Shown: one piece after another, positions 1 to 14,445 of the stretch
Numbering within the stretch: the stretch's first letter is position 1
Layout: every line of letters starts with the position of its first letter
Position numbers and translations under genes: made by a program
Notes under the pieces: model-generated
Database searches by the model: none
What the model was told of the DNA's origin: nothing
The model's input: the letters and a program-made list of their open reading frames with translations, nothing else
Assembly (NCBI GenBank): GCA_002633005.1
Contig: NMRA01000019.1
Location: 941,942-1,005,941, forward strand
From: Phoronis australis
Taxonomy: Eukaryota; Animalia; Phoronida
Direction: 5' to 3'
DNA length: 64,000 nt

Positions 1-353
1 AAGGGGGGGGGGGGTTAGGCGGATTCGAGCGAATCCGATGCGCCTAGCGCCGAGCGGAAGGAAGGGGGTTTCCCCTCTCCCGTGTAAGATTTTTTTATGT
101 TTTTTAGTAGCTGATTTCGTTTTTCTGGCGAAAAATTTTTCAATTTTTATTTGACCCTGTCCCGAGGAGGTGGGGAGGGTTTGAACCCGCTGAACTCCCC
201 TATAGATCCGCCTCTGAATCCAGTAGGCTTACTACTGAACATTTTGGGCATGTAAAAAACTACGCTTCGTAAGCCGTTACGTGAGTCATAAGCTATAAAT
301 ACATAGTTTATCCGTCCCACATCGGTCAAGCTAGCTATGAGCCGCGAATATAG

Positions 354-986
354 TCCCTGTCACACTTATGCGTATGTCCTTTAGGGGTTCGCATATGAGA
401 ATATTTCAATACGCAGACGTTCACTCCATTTTGTATTACATTGGCTTATGACCGACGCACATCTATCATACGAATAAGGGATTCAGCGCATATCCCTTGA
501 GTTTGAGGTAGGCCTACGCATGATGTACATACTTGCAGTGCGCAGCATTATTTTCTTGCTGCGTAAGCAGGACGCATGCCTACCGTATTCCAGTCACACA
601 AAACTCCCACCGAACGCATGCTTGGAACACTTTGCTGACGAAAGTCGAGTGCATTCCGTCCAGCGCAGGCTTTGTTCACATTTAACATACGCGGCTCATA
701 ATAAATGCCGGGAGATCACCGTGTTACCGCACATGAACCGCTTCGCCTCCCCAAACTTAAAGCGTAGTCATACCGTACGTGCTCGACCGATGCACTGCGT
801 ATTTATAACTTATGTCTTGAGTAACAGCGTAAATAACGTCAGGGATAGAGCTTAATGTGTGTATGCCGAACCTTGCACAAAACTATTGGGATACAAATGA
901 TGTGCATTTCGTGTGTACGACTGTGCGTAGAAGGAATGCCAAGAACGCGCACTGCAGCTCACAAGGACATCCGGCGTGACAGGCCC
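354..986. mobile_element. Possible degenerate non-autonomous TIR element
   Basis: Imperfect inverted ends (ccctgtcacac...atgtcctt versus aaggacat...cgtgacaggccc); interior rich in ACGCA/TGCGT motifs; no credible ORF. Confidence 0.3.
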
Positions 987-2764
987 ATAGTGAGCGTACT
1001 ATAGCCTACTTGCAGTGCATGTGCAACGTAGCTGAACGAAATACAATTTGGATTTGTCGGAGGTGCGTCAGGTTTGCTGTTAGGTTGGTATATCTTGCTG
1101 TGTGCGCCGGGTCTGGAATACGCTTGGCATGCGCAATGCATAGGCAGGCATATCCCAGTAACAAAGTAGTGTAGCGCAGTACACAACACCTCATACGCAT
1201 TGGTTGCGCTGGATTCGTTATTTATACGCTGGTTATGTGTTGCACATAAGTCGAAGTAATCGATGAGCTTACTGCTGCGCATTGAAAAGTTTTTATGCGT
1301 AATTCATCAGGACTTCGTATAGGCAAGATTGTGGCATGTTTGTACGTACCACCACATTAAATATGCATACTTAGTGCAATCCTTTTGGGACGAACTGCAA
1401 GGCGAGAGTATACAATCCGTGAAAATACAAAAAACAGTACTGCGAAGATGAATGCACTATACTGACTATTTCAAAACATCTAAAGGACACGCACATCAAC
1501 GTTTTATGTTTTTGAAGTAGAAAACATCTGTTGTAGCGCCTAGTTTTCTAACGTTTTTGTTTGATTCGACTGTTGACACAAGTAATCGTTCAGCAAGCGG
1601 CGACACTTGATTTTATTGGGCAAAGTTTACTTCACTGTTTAATAGACTTTTCGGCGAAATTAGCGAATTTCTTGCGACGGGTACATTTGGAGAAGGGTTT
1701 TACATCGAAAAATTGTAGTAATGGCATTGGTTGATTGCGACCACGCACAATCAGCAGTAAACTTTCTCCTGTGCGATGGTATACCGCACGACCTACGTAC
1801 ATATAAACGTAGACCATCGTTACGTATCATGGAACACTCAATAGCGATCATACATACTATTCTAAAAATGGGCACTTAGTGATTAGATTTAAATTTATAT
1901 ATTTTTAATAGAAAATACAAAGGATTAGTTACACTTATTGTCTTTAAAGATACCGAGGTGTTCGATCCTCTGTTTTCACCAGTTTAGAGAGTTTAGAATA
2001 AGATTCAACAGTCGGTAGACAAATATCGGTGAAATAGGGACATTCGGTAAGGTACACCTCTTTCTACTGTGTTTTTACAGTCGTTTCTGTTGCCATTCAC
2101 TTGTGAGACCATTTTGGTGGCGCATCACCACAAATACCGTATTAAAACTTGTTTATTTGGAGAATTCATGACGTCAAATAAATCAGCGATATATAAGAAT
2201 AAATGTAGTTTGTAGTGAACTTGAAATGAAGCGAATACGTTATTTGTAACCATATCACCAATAAGAAAATGCTCAATTAATCGCTTTCATTGTATGACTG
2301 AGCGTTACAAACAACACATGACCACAGGTTGTTTACGTCCAAATCGCATAATTAATCAGTGTCCGAATTAATTACCTGTAATTACTCTATTATTTGTGGC
2401 TGTGTTGACTTGCACGTTATTGATATCAACACAAAATTCAATCACCTGTCATTCATTGATGTTCGGACCCCCGTTGAGTCCTAATCTCTCCTGGCGAGTC
2501 GATTTCTGGAAGAACGCCAACAAATTTTCCATTGATTGGGCACTGATTTCCCCCATTCAATCTATTATTGCATTTACATTGTCTAGCTATTTAGTCAACT
2601 CTGTAATTACTGTATTTCAATCACATCTAAAAGGGGGCGCCTTTGTATTTCAAATAGAAGGTAGAGACTGGCAGTACTATTTCCGCTTCCTTTCAGTCAA
2701 AAACTTCACTCTGATAAAAAAGATTTTAACACAAGTTATTGCAATCGAACCTAAGCCCTAATAA

Positions 2765-2880
2765 TGCTCGTTCAACACAGCTCCAAATATTTTCAAAGTT
2801 AACGGAATTTAATATGACTTTTAGTTTTAACTTTTATGTTTGGTGGTGCACCACCACGTAAAATGGCCGCCGTAGTTTGA
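2765..2880 (+). repeat. Dispersed repeat, copy of about 6040-6150
   Basis: Shared block gaatttaatatga...tttggtggtgcaccaccac...tggccgccgtagt; a related inverted motif near 2109-2136 suggests a TIR element end. Confidence 0.6.
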
Positions 2881-5800
2881 CAGCTGGCTCAAGTGTCGCG
2901 GGTACTCACTCAACTGCCGCCATACGCAACGAAGTTTCCTCCGAAACCCTGCCATCTTTCTAAAAAACGTTTAAATATTAATATTACGATAAGGCTAACA
3001 CAAACAGGCCTGAAAGTTTCGAAATGTTTACATTTTAGTGATATCGTTCGACTGACTAAACTCATCCAGTTGGTGAATGTAAATAAAAGAGTATCTTTAG
3101 GACAACAAGATTGCAAAGACGAAAGTTTTTTAACAGCTGTTTCAAAATCACAGATTTTGTTCCCCTGTAATAATTCGTACGTGGGAAACCGGGGCACGTT
3201 TTTCCTCATTTTATGAAAGTTGTCGTGTAGTGCCAGCTTTTAATGTCCGGTTTTAATTTTAAGATTCTGTACCTTAAAGAGGCACAATCGTTTTTACAGA
3301 AGAAAAACGCTTTTTTTTGGGTTATTGTTGGATGGGATAAACTTTTTGAGGTTATTAGCAGAGCTCTATAACAAAAAACTCTCGCAGTTGTCTACCAACT
3401 ATTCGTTGAAATCAAGGCCGACAATGGAAGCCATGCTAACAGCCACAGAATAGAGACTGAGAGTCTGATAGGGGCTGACCTAAGAAAACCATTTTTACTC
3501 GTCAGTAATGTAACTTTAAGCATAGAATACAATCAACAATTGTGCAAACGAGCGTGTAGATATAATTTCTGTTTAAAACAATTGAACTCAAGGCGTTAAC
3601 TCGCCCCTACTTGGGGCGAGTTTGCCCTATGCCTTGAGCGAAGTTCGCCCCCTTCTTGGAAGGTTAAATTCGAAGAAAACAACTCTATAGGATCGTTGGC
3701 CATTTATTTAACGACTCTAAGTTGAACTATTTTCAATATTTTCTATTTTGAGCAGTTAATATATAAATCAAAAAATATAAAACATGTATCTGAAACTACG
3801 TCTTTCTACACTTGTTGTTGTAAATTCCTCTTAAAGTTTGGGACCCAGATTTGATGAGTAACAGGACAAAATTAAATCGAAGACTCCGAAAAATTCGATA
3901 TTCACACAATAAACCCGATCGATCGTCGAAGTCAGAAGCATTTCAGTTTCCGCCTTCACTAGATCGGCCTTAGGCTTACTCTGAAATTTCCCGGTACCCT
4001 TGTTCCTGAACGTCATCCATTCCCCCAACGAGTGACCATGACTTGTACAGCATGATCACCAGTGGAGTGTAGAATTATAAGTTCTTGAGAATGTAGGATA
4101 CTTTAATTTTTGTACACTAGAGTCAGAACTCGTAATATACTGCATGTTGTACAGTTTATGTTAGTCGCATTCTTGAAACTATAGATCACGTGACACTCTT
4201 CAAAATGAATATTTGCTAGTCATGATGATAAGACAGCCTACTTTTGTCAAAGTTAATTTTGTCAATTAAAAACAGACGTGTTTGTTAAAAAAATTCAAAA
4301 GGTCATGCGGGTCATGTTGAAGTACAACTCTTTGTTACATTTCAAAAATAAAATATTGAACCTGAACCTAACACACGGAACGAAAACAACACGATAAGGT
4401 GGAACCAAGAAATTATTTACGCGCGTAGAAATTATATTTTTTTGAAAAATCAACGTGACATTTGCGAAACCCTCTTTTGCCAAGGGGCAAATTTGCTCCA
4501 GTCTCTCTTCGTATACATAGCAAAGCACACTTCATTGTTCAATTTGATGATCTTGAAAATATATCGTATTACTCGTTCATTTAAAAGTCATGTAGATTTT
4601 AGATAACATTGAAAGCAAAAAAGCGTTAGAAAGCGACGACTCCATAAAAACAATAAAATATTCATAATGTCGTATTAACACAAATTTACAAAGACGCCCA
4701 TCGAAGTGACACGCAATTAAATTCTACCTTCACCACGGGTTCTCTCTTTAACATGAGAACCACGCCACGACTTCCCATTTGCATCCTCGACACTTGCAAG
4801 CATTTCTCATTAAACACCATTTTCCAGATTTTGCATTTGTCAGCTTCTCACATCCTCCGTTTCATTAGGCGAAAATTAATGAAATCTTGGCTTATTAAAA
4901 TTGAAGGCGATCTTATTTCCGTGTATGTATATCGCGATGTAAAGTAGACGCATTTCAAGGTGCAAATAGTTGACACCTTTCGCATACGCGTCTATCCGTT
5001 AGGTCAAAATACTTTTGCAATAAAAACGCCGTGAGCATAGTAATAGCAACTAAAAAGAAGACAATTAACTTAATTAACATAATTATTGTACGCTCGACCC
5101 TCAATGAATTGTTTCCAAGCGTTCAACTATTTCTATCAGATTAGATGTATGTTTAAGAAAGCGCCCGCTGCAAACAAACGCTATAGTGAGTCATGATCAT
5201 AGACATTACCATGCGAGTGGTCATCCTAAATTTAAAATTTAAATCTGCGAAAAGGGAGTTTTTGGTAATTTTGGTTATCCAACTCTTAACAATAGCATTG
5301 AAGAAGACATGACAGTTGCTGAGTTGAGTCGAGTCACTTTACGCCTTTGTTAAATTACAGGCGAAAGGAAAATTCTGTTGTTGCATTTGAAAAAACTAAA
5401 GCCCCGGTCACACTTATTCGGAATTTGCAGGAATTACGGTTATGTTGGACTATGCAGAACTGTCCAAATTTGGCTTAAACTAAGGAACATCATACATCAG
5501 AAACAGCTTGTAGTATTCTTACGAAACTTTCAGATAGTATGTTTTATGAACTGTTCTTAGTTCAAAACACTACTAGAATTTGTTTCGACATGATTGTTCT
5601 TCTTTTGCGTGAGGGGCTATAAAACGATAGGATTCTTGTGATTTTTATCAAAAAATAAGAAAAAGAAAACGAAATGATAATTTAAAAAACTGTAACAGCG
5701 TTTTGACATTTCATCTTTTTGACATTGTTTTCAAAGGAAACATGGTCATTTTGTTGATACCCTCGTTTTGCTGACAATGTTCCTTAGTTCCTTTTTTGCT

Positions 5801-6039
5801 CAACTTTACTGCAAAGACAGTCACGTGACACAATTAATGGCAGATCAAATTCCACAGGTTTTCTAATTGCAGAAAATAAATACTTATTCTGTGTTAAAAT
5901 CAACACTTCGGTATACGATTGTAGATAAGTTCGTTCTAACCATAAACTGAAGATACTCTATTCGCTTCATTTTAGTAAAAAACATCAGAAAACGGGCTTT
6001 AAAATAAGTTAATTCAGTCGAAATTTAAGTCCAAATAAA

Positions 6040-6150
6040 GCTCATTCAACAAAACCCCAAGTAGTTTCAAACTTGACTGAATTTAATATGAATTCTTTAG
6101 TGCAATTTATGTTTTTGGTGGTGCACCACCACATAATTGGTCGCCGTAGT
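6040..6150 (+). repeat. Dispersed repeat, copy of about 2765-2880
   Basis: Visual alignment to 2765-2880. Confidence 0.6.
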
Positions 6151-6970
6151 GAGTGACTGAAGATATGCTTGTATTTTAGTGATCTCTTTTGATTGACGAA
6201 ATTCATTCTGGATTTTTTCAAAATTCTAGTTTAATCCACGCGGCCATTTCAGACAAATATTTAAAATGTACTTGGAAGCTGGATCGAATGATTCGTGCTC
6301 ATTGCAGGTGCATTATCTTTCCAGTTTAGTTAAAATGGAGTGAAAGTACTGTTGGAATGCTTAGAAGGCATTGAGACTGCATTTCAAATGGCATGAAATT
6401 GTTGCCCGAATGACATCCGAAGTATATTTGGAAGGAGCCACGAATACTGCACGAATTATTCTGATGTGTACTTGGAACGCTTCTAGAATAGCTTCTGAAT
6501 ATTTTGGACCTCTAAGAATTTAAAGAGACGGCAACTGGATTATTTAGAATGTACATGTGCAGTAGTTCGAATCTGCATAACGTGAACAGGAATGTGCTGA
6601 GTAAGATCCAACATGTTGCCAAATCTTGCATTTCACCCATCTCGGCACATACATGTAGTGTATGGAAGTCTGGACCGCGTTACTTCTCTTCCGATTAATG
6701 TCCTTTAGCAAAGCCTCGTTCAAAGAGGTGTGGAGGAGGCCGGGAGAAGAAACATTGAGAGGAAAAAACCCTGGCAGAGAAAAGAAGAAAACAAAACATT
6801 CCTCATATTAAACTGGAGGAGCTCAGAGGAGAAGACCCACAGTCTTTCTTCAACTTTCTAAAAAAGAGCCTACCGTGTTTGATGAGTTGCTGCAAATAAA
6901 AGGTTGGACCAATGATACAGAAATAGAATATTAATATGAGGAACGTGCCTCCTCCAGACGTGAAGTTAAC

Positions 6971-7353
6971 TATCACCGTGGGGCTGTTAGCAACAACCGT
7001 GGGGCTGTTGGCCATCACCATGGAGCTGTTAGCAGTCACCGTGGGAGTGTTGGCAATCATCGTGGGGTTGTTAGCCATCACCGTGGGCCTGTTGACCATC
7101 ACCGTGGGGCCGTTGACCATCACTGTGGGGCTCTTGGCCATCACCATGGGGCTGTTGGTAATCACCGTAGGGCTGTTTGCCATCACCGTGGGGCTGCTGA
7201 CCATCACCGTGGGGTTGTTAGCCATCACCGTAGGGCTGTTGGCAATCACCGTCATTGGTGGGGCTTTTAGCCATCACCGTGGGGCTGTTAACAACTACCG
7301 TGGGGCTGTTGGCCATCACCATGGGGCTATTAGCAATCAGCGCGGGGCTGTTG
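6971..7353. repeat. 21-bp minisatellite, about 18 units
   Basis: Tandem unit close to ccatcaccgtggggctgttgg, with one interruption near 7250-7260. Confidence 0.95.
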
Positions 7354-8557
7354 GGTTCAGGTGATATGAACCTTAGTCGTATGATCAACTTTCGTGTGAC
7401 AAGAAACTTGTTGGAGAGGTCTTCAAAAAAGATGGAAGCTTTAGATAGTGACGGCCAAAATCGGATCCTTGTACCACAAAATCTACGGCGACATCCACAC
7501 GGCCCTTGCAAATGGAAAACACAAGGTCCTGTGGGTGGGTGACAGTGGTGCTTACAGAAGCATGCCTTATACTCATATCTTCATTGTTTTGATGATTTCA
7601 TTCAAAACTATTTCTGTCAGTCGCTATTGTGCAGTTTGTACTTCCGCTGCTGCGCAACAAGCCCTTCATTTCGAGATAAGCGCTAGTTCTTCACAACCGA
7701 TGTTAAGCTCTCTCAAAGCGTATGCTACATTTGCCCAGTGGATATAAAAGACTTCGACAGATTTTTCGAACATTTTAGTCCAAATGTTAATCAATGAGCT
7801 GGCGTGGGTTACCAGGCAACGTTTGTTTTCAAAGCTTCAGATGTATTAAACAAGATGTTTAGACAAGTAACGAAAATTAAATGCGACTTTAATTAAAATG
7901 GAACTTGATGTTTGTTAATTGCCCAAACCACTGAGAGATTAACATCTAGCGAAAGTAAAAAAAAAAACCAGTTTTGTAAGGCGCAAACTGGGTAATCATT
8001 GACTTAAGACAAAATGTCAAAACTGATGATTCATATTGTGCATGAACTGTTGACAGAGGTGAAATTTATCTTCATCAAGTGCCTCTGATCTATTATTTCT
8101 AAAGATATTAAACCAAAAAATGGTTGATTTAACACCTAAGTATGTGTCACGCGTGTATCGGTTAACACGTGTTAATAATTTCCGCAATAAAATCGTCTCG
8201 GAAATATCTGTCATTGAAAAGCAATAAAGACATCTTAGGGGATTATATAAAAAAGTTGAATTAGATATCGGATAAAACCAAAGAGTACGGTTTTCAATTA
8301 TAACAGTAATCATGCGCCAATAAAATATTGAACATCGTCTTCAATGCTTCATACAAACAAAAAGCTCATTTCTTGTATTTCTAAAGTATGAATAAAGTGA
8401 TTAAAACTTTGGCAGGCCTGCTGCGAAGCCCGGTACCCTTTCAGTAGACGAACTGTGCCAGCGAAACCACAAGATCACGCAAGTTGAAGAACGTGATCGC
8501 ACTTATTTTACTCGCTAAATTATAAAACACAGCCTAGGGTTATGGCTGACCGCCTCC

Positions 8558-8675
8558 ATGATGATGTTGACGGCGATGATGATGATGATGATGATGATGA
8601 TGACGACGACGACAACGATGACGATGATGACGACGACAGTTCTGATCGTGGCGGTGATGATGTTGATGATGACAA
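8558..8675. repeat. (GAT/GAC)n microsatellite
   Basis: Directly visible trinucleotide run. Confidence 0.95.
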
Positions 8676-11043
8676 TTTGATAACATTTGTTAAAAGAAAA
8701 CAGAAAGAAGATTTCGTTATTTTCACATCATCGTAGATTAAAGTTATTGAAACCTTTTTAAATGAAAATACTACAAACAAATTGACTTAGAAAAATAAGA
8801 CATTTCAATAAAATGCTACGGTAGCTCAGTTTAATAAGACACGCTTAAGAGAAACCGGAACCACGTCTTTGGTGGCAAGATTTACACTGAAAATATAACT
8901 TGACTTAGAAGTCAAACATTTACCGGAGGTTTGTTTGCTATGAAAAACTGGTTATCTTACAGTAACAGCGACAGACTGAATCAGTTTTCAAAATACCTAA
9001 TATTCCTTTTTTCAAGAAACGAATGCTCTTTCCTCTGCCCAATTGTTGGCGAGTTGAGGAGCCGAACTTCCCATAACCTTAAAAATATTCATTTTGCGCC
9101 ATCATTAAGATTATTAATACGGCAAATGTTCTCCAGTCACTGTTATTACTGCCTGACCAGGAATGTTGACATTGATTAAACCTGCTCCTTAGTTATCGCC
9201 GTCATTAACAATAGAGTCAAACGTCTCTGTATGGCGTATAATCATTCCTAACGAGCACTCTATGAATCTTTCTTTGATTTGACGAGAAGGATTAATTTAT
9301 TGGCGTTGCTCATTTCCGATTGATCGTAGCGCATTATAACACAAGTGTCGTGTACTTAAGTCATTTGTTCTAATTAATTTCTTTTAATGATCACTACTAT
9401 CGCTAATACTTTCAGCAGCTTTTACACACGCCGTGTTTGCATTCTGTATAGATCATATTTGCGAGGCAGTCGAAAGCCAATAATTGTTAACTTTCTCATA
9501 AAGGAATTCTTATTTTTAATAAGAACAATACGCGAAAGGCGGCTTTCAAATGGAACTTGCATGGTTAGATTACACATGCAGTAATTAATTTCTTGGCGGG
9601 TTAGAATCATTTATAATGTTGCAAAGATAAACAATGGTTTTTGGCCATTCAATGTGTGAAAGAATGTCAAATGCTTTGGCATTTCAGTTTAAAGAATACA
9701 AAATGACCCTATTAGAGCTAATCGAAATTTGAGAAAAATATTCTGATTCGTTTTTATTTTCCTCAAAATACTTCAAGTTGCACTTGGCTGACTCACGAAT
9801 TTGCTCCTTTCACAGCTACATGGATGTCCAGTTCAAGTAAATATATATTAAGCAATAACAAATTTTCCTAAAACTTTCCGAGTGGTTACATTTATTTATT
9901 GTAACTGAAAATACTGCACTTTTGCCACGCGTTTTAAACCCGATTTTTGTTGGCCAAGACTCCAGATCCGTTAAGTCTTTGACACAAAGAAAGACATCAA
10001 TGTTGAATAAATGAAAAATTTCCCTAGACAGCAGGAACTTTATGTAATCCCGCACTTTCTACTTATACCGGTGTCTCCATTGCTTTCGCTCATGCATCGA
10101 AGACCTGCGTTTGGGCAATCTTTACAAAACGCTTTCAGAAAAGTAACCAGTTGTACTTCCAATGAATCATTTTCAGGTCTAAATTTAAATTACATTCATT
10201 TCCACAGAAACGACCGACATTTAATGAGTGCTAATCAAAATTTTTTTTTTGAAAAACGAAATGTTTTTGCCACAATCGTGCTGTTGATCTTACTCGTACA
10301 ACTTACGTATATACATCATAAAAGATTTATCTACACCTCGCTGAGTTTCTTAAAGCAGTGCGGGGATGATTTTTTTCTCAAGAGACGATAACTTCGACTA
10401 CAGTAGGCCTAGTAGACTCATTTCAATTTCGCACAAAGCAGTTATATATTGCAATCGTGATAATTCTACATTGCTAATAGGCTTATATGTATATGCAAAA
10501 AATCTCCAGTAAAAACAATGTTTTTTGTTGAATGAGTGACAAAATAAAATCCCACTTGTCGGCCAAATTGTATAATAAATTGATGGACTTTTACCGCACC
10601 TTATTTGTAATAATAATAACAATAAAAAAACAAAAGCAGAAGTTCAGAAGTAGGTTTGTATTTTTACGTGACATAATTACAATAATATATACACAAAAGC
10701 AATATTTAAACAGCATAATCTCTTCGTATCTTTTTAGTGCTTGTTTTTATCGTAAATTTGAAAATATGTAAATAATGCAACATAATACGCCTGCTGATGT
10801 TGAAATACGGATTCACATTAACCGTCGACAACATGGCAAGAAAACGGCATGAAAAAACTGCGTACACTACGATTCAAACAGCATGACCAACATAAAATAT
10901 CAGAAAATGCCATGGTCGACAACTGAACGTTCGCCTTTATGATTTTTGTGATGTATTTGGCAGGATAAATCAGGTTCATCTGCTGCAGTGTCAGTGGAAG
11001 TCAATCAATTTTAAATCTCGGTCGTCAGGTGCAAAGTCACGTG

Positions 11044-11232
<189 letters not shown>

Positions 11233-11827
11233 TTAAGAAAGTATAAAAATGACTCGCTTTCCAAAGTTACAACCAAATAACTTTAAAATATTTGAGGACC
11301 AAGGTTGGAAGTTTAATCTGTGTACTGGAAAGTCGACTCGAAAAATAACTAATCGCATGGCATACTTCGAGTAAACGCAAAAACTTATGCTCGGATAATG
11401 CTGTATGATCAGCACGTTTCGAGTCTGAGTCTCAGCCAAGTTAGTAGTTTAGAACCCTAAGCCAAGGTCTGCGTTACGTACAAGACACTCGCGAGCGAAG
11501 CTAGTATGGTCACTTGCTTCGCATGTAATGCATGGGAATAACCTGACTAGGCTGATGTAGTGTTTTTGCAGCCCAGGTTGTTTTAGAAAAATATATCTTT
11601 GGTGTCTATCCTGAGTGATGCAGACAGACAGTAACTAATATTGTCTGAACGCTCAACTGTCCAATGGTTTCAAAAATAACATTTCTTACAACGGGGACAT
11701 GAATTCATTCAAATAACATGACGTGGAAAGACCACAGGCAACTGGCAGGATTAATTCAAACTCTTTTTCTTCTAGACTTTGTGTTACCATCTTTGCAAAA
11801 AGCGTTAACAAGCATTCATCTACTAAC

Positions 11828-11969
11828 CTTTCAGTTCCCACCATATATTGTTGTCTTTCAAACTCCGCCTCAAGTCGTTCTAGTTGGTCGGGCGTGAAGA
11901 TCGTTCGAACTCTCTTGCATTTGCCGCCTTTCCACTGCTCTTCATCGATGACACATTTTTTAAATTTTC
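11828..11969 (-). CDS. Not: Not/Noto homeobox protein, exon 2 (homeodomain N-terminal half)
   Basis: ttttttcag acceptor and GTTAG donor; reads GKFKKCVIDEEQWKGGKCKRVRTIFTPDQLERLEAEFERQQYMVGTER; KRVRTIFT and QQYMVG are typical of the Not family. Confidence 0.93.
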
Positions 11970-14042
11970 CTGAAAAAATAGAAACACGACTCGATGAGCA
12001 TGTTGAAATTCTGAAAGGGGTTTTCAGGACTCATAGTTTGATTAATTATGTTATAATGTCTAATTCGTTGGTGTTTGTAAGAATCATCAACTATTTAACA
12101 CTACTTGTCTTGTTTTCTTTATTATTTGTTTTAGCGCCACGGTCCGTTATTTAACTCATTTATTTCCAGAACTAAGTGTTTTGAAAGGGTCTAACAGTGT
12201 CATGACACTGACCTGATGGCCCGACCCGCCATTGTCCTCGGGTGACGTCATCCTCATTAAAGTTTCACGACTGCACAGCTGGGGTTCCGATCAGTGTCCC
12301 ACGGTTTATTTACTAACCCAAAATCAAACAGATCATTATTCTCATTGTTTTTGCCTAAAAACCATATGACTGGTTACACTAATAAGTTTTCAAGACCTCA
12401 CGTAGTGCAAAGATCGATGGCTAATATAATCGCCAATCGATATTCAATTGAAACCACCCCCTCCAGTGCTTTTGTTTTGGCCGTTAATGAAGGTATGGGT
12501 AACCTGCGGAGTCAAAGTAATCAATAGGACCAATGAGGGGATACGCACTAATTGACGAGAGAAAAAAGAGTAGAGGAGTGGACCTCATGCTGTGTGATAT
12601 CGATAGAGAATAATTAACGAAAATTAACAAACAATACACCTAATGACATGTGACATTTGACTGAGAAATACCTGTGCCAGCCACTGCTATCTTATTGTAG
12701 TCATAAGGATGATTAATACTGTATCAGAGTTAATTACAGAAATGATATTTCGCTAGATCTATCACCAAGTAGTTATTTTTAGTTATAAAAATCTGTATTG
12801 AAAGAAAAATAGCAATCATGTTTGCACCTGTCAATTTCAGTTTTTCGTGATCGTAACACGATTCTTTTGTGATCTCTGTGTATGGGTCCAAATGTCCACA
12901 AAATGCGTGTATTTGTTATGTTTAACTAGGCAGCTGGTCAGAGACGTGAACTATTGACGTTTTTGTGTACAGTGGGTTGTCTATTTACAGCAAACGGATA
13001 GTGTTTCATCCAATTCGATAAATGTCGCGAGAGACTTGACTAATGTCGCGCGCACTTCTTGATATGCTACGTCGTCTTTCGCGTTTGATTTGTCTTGATT
13101 TCGAAAAGAAAGTTCTCCTAGGGATATATGCGAGAAGATCAAGATAATTTTGTTGTCCTCTAGGCATCTGCTGCAGCGTCCGTACCTAATACCCTCTGCT
13201 GCACCAGTGGTTATCATTTGGTGAAGAATTTTAATTAATTGATCTTAGAACTGGTCCCAATTTGTTTATTTTTCATTAAGTAGACTCTTTTCAAATATAC
13301 CGACCTTCAATTGTTGTGCAACCATTACACAAATTTTGCTCAATCGTTATTATTTGTAGCGACGTTTGTTTACGCTTAGTTTACTGCTAATAAGGGTAAT
13401 CAGTAGGTAAACAGTGAATAGAGAATACCAAGCCAGTCATTATCCAATTTAGTTCAATAATTTAAGTGCAGGACATCGGTTGACCACTTTGCTGAGATTT
13501 AAAACGCCCGCACCCCGAAGCAGTCAGCATTTTCGTCTAGTCACACAGACACTCGTCGATTTTACGCAACAGTAGCCTAATCATTTTTGACCTCCCGAGT
13601 TGCCATATTTTTAGATATTTCTTTTAATACACCAAAATGTCATAGTTCTGTTCATCCATATCAACCAGTAAATATAAATAATTTCTATTATTATTACTTG
13701 TCATATTTATTACAGTATCAATAGACGGTGTGTATACTGCCGGTTTTTACCGAGATAGTTTGGTCAAATTTAGACATTCATTTGAAAATTTGGTTTCAGT
13801 AACGGAACTGAAAAAATAATCTATTCCTTTCACTTATAGGGGTTCAAGTGACAGAGTTCTTGATAAGTTCATCAATTACAAATACAGAAATTTTGTAATT
13901 TATCGAAGCACATTTGAAACAGAGTACTACGTTTTCTATATACCTTCGATTTAATGGACAAAGGCAAATTTATGCAGGCACACAATTATTATGAGATTAT
14001 GACGGTCATTATTTTACATTAAAGTCTAATAAATATAATTAC

Positions 14043-14322
14043 CTGTTTTTCCAAACTGTCGGAGCTGGCTGTAATATGGATGAGGTAAGCGTGATGTGAC
14101 GTGATCATCCCTAGGACTATCAGGTCTTAACAGAGCTTCGATGGTGAAAGACTTTCCCTTCTCTCGATCAGAGAAGCCTGCTGTCAGAGGCTTGTAGTAG
14201 AGAGGCGACTGCTCATATGGCGTGTTGATCATGGCTGGATGGATGCCGATCTGGGGGTTGTAGGACGCAAACGCCATCTGCATCATGGAATTGTGGAACG
14301 GAAACTGTGGAATCGTCTGCAT
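14043..14322 (-). CDS. Not: Not/Noto homeobox protein, exon 1 (eh1 motif)
   Basis: ATG at 14322; contains the eh1 Groucho-binding motif SFTIEALL; donor AG|GTAATT in phase 1 joins exon 2 in frame. Confidence 0.88.
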
Positions 14323-14390
14323 TGTTTAGCACTTGGACGTACTTGATAAGAAATGCAAAATTGACTCTGAGTACCCAACTAAATCAGACG

Positions 14391-14445
14391 TTATATATAT
14401 ATAAGGAAATGGGCGGAGTTTCGAGTACTACAGACAGACCAATAA
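14391..14445 (-). promoter_or_regulatory. Candidate Not core promoter (TATA-like run and CCAAT box)
   Basis: TATATATATAA run about 70 nt upstream of the ATG; CCAAT at about 14439. Confidence 0.45.

Noticed and set aside
3598-3622. Short hairpin aactcgcccc-tactt-ggggcgagtt
   Set aside because: Only a 10-bp stem with no TSD or context; probably part of a decayed MITE
6803-7542. Heptad-repeat membrane-protein-like ORFs, or a CRISPR-like array
   Set aside because: Contiguous 21-bp units with no unique spacers in a eukaryotic context; a minisatellite
8520-8780. Poly-Asp and poly-Ser ORFs
   Set aside because: Translations of a (GAY)n microsatellite
11723-12154. 143-aa plus-strand ORF
   Set aside because: Antisense shadow of Not exon 2
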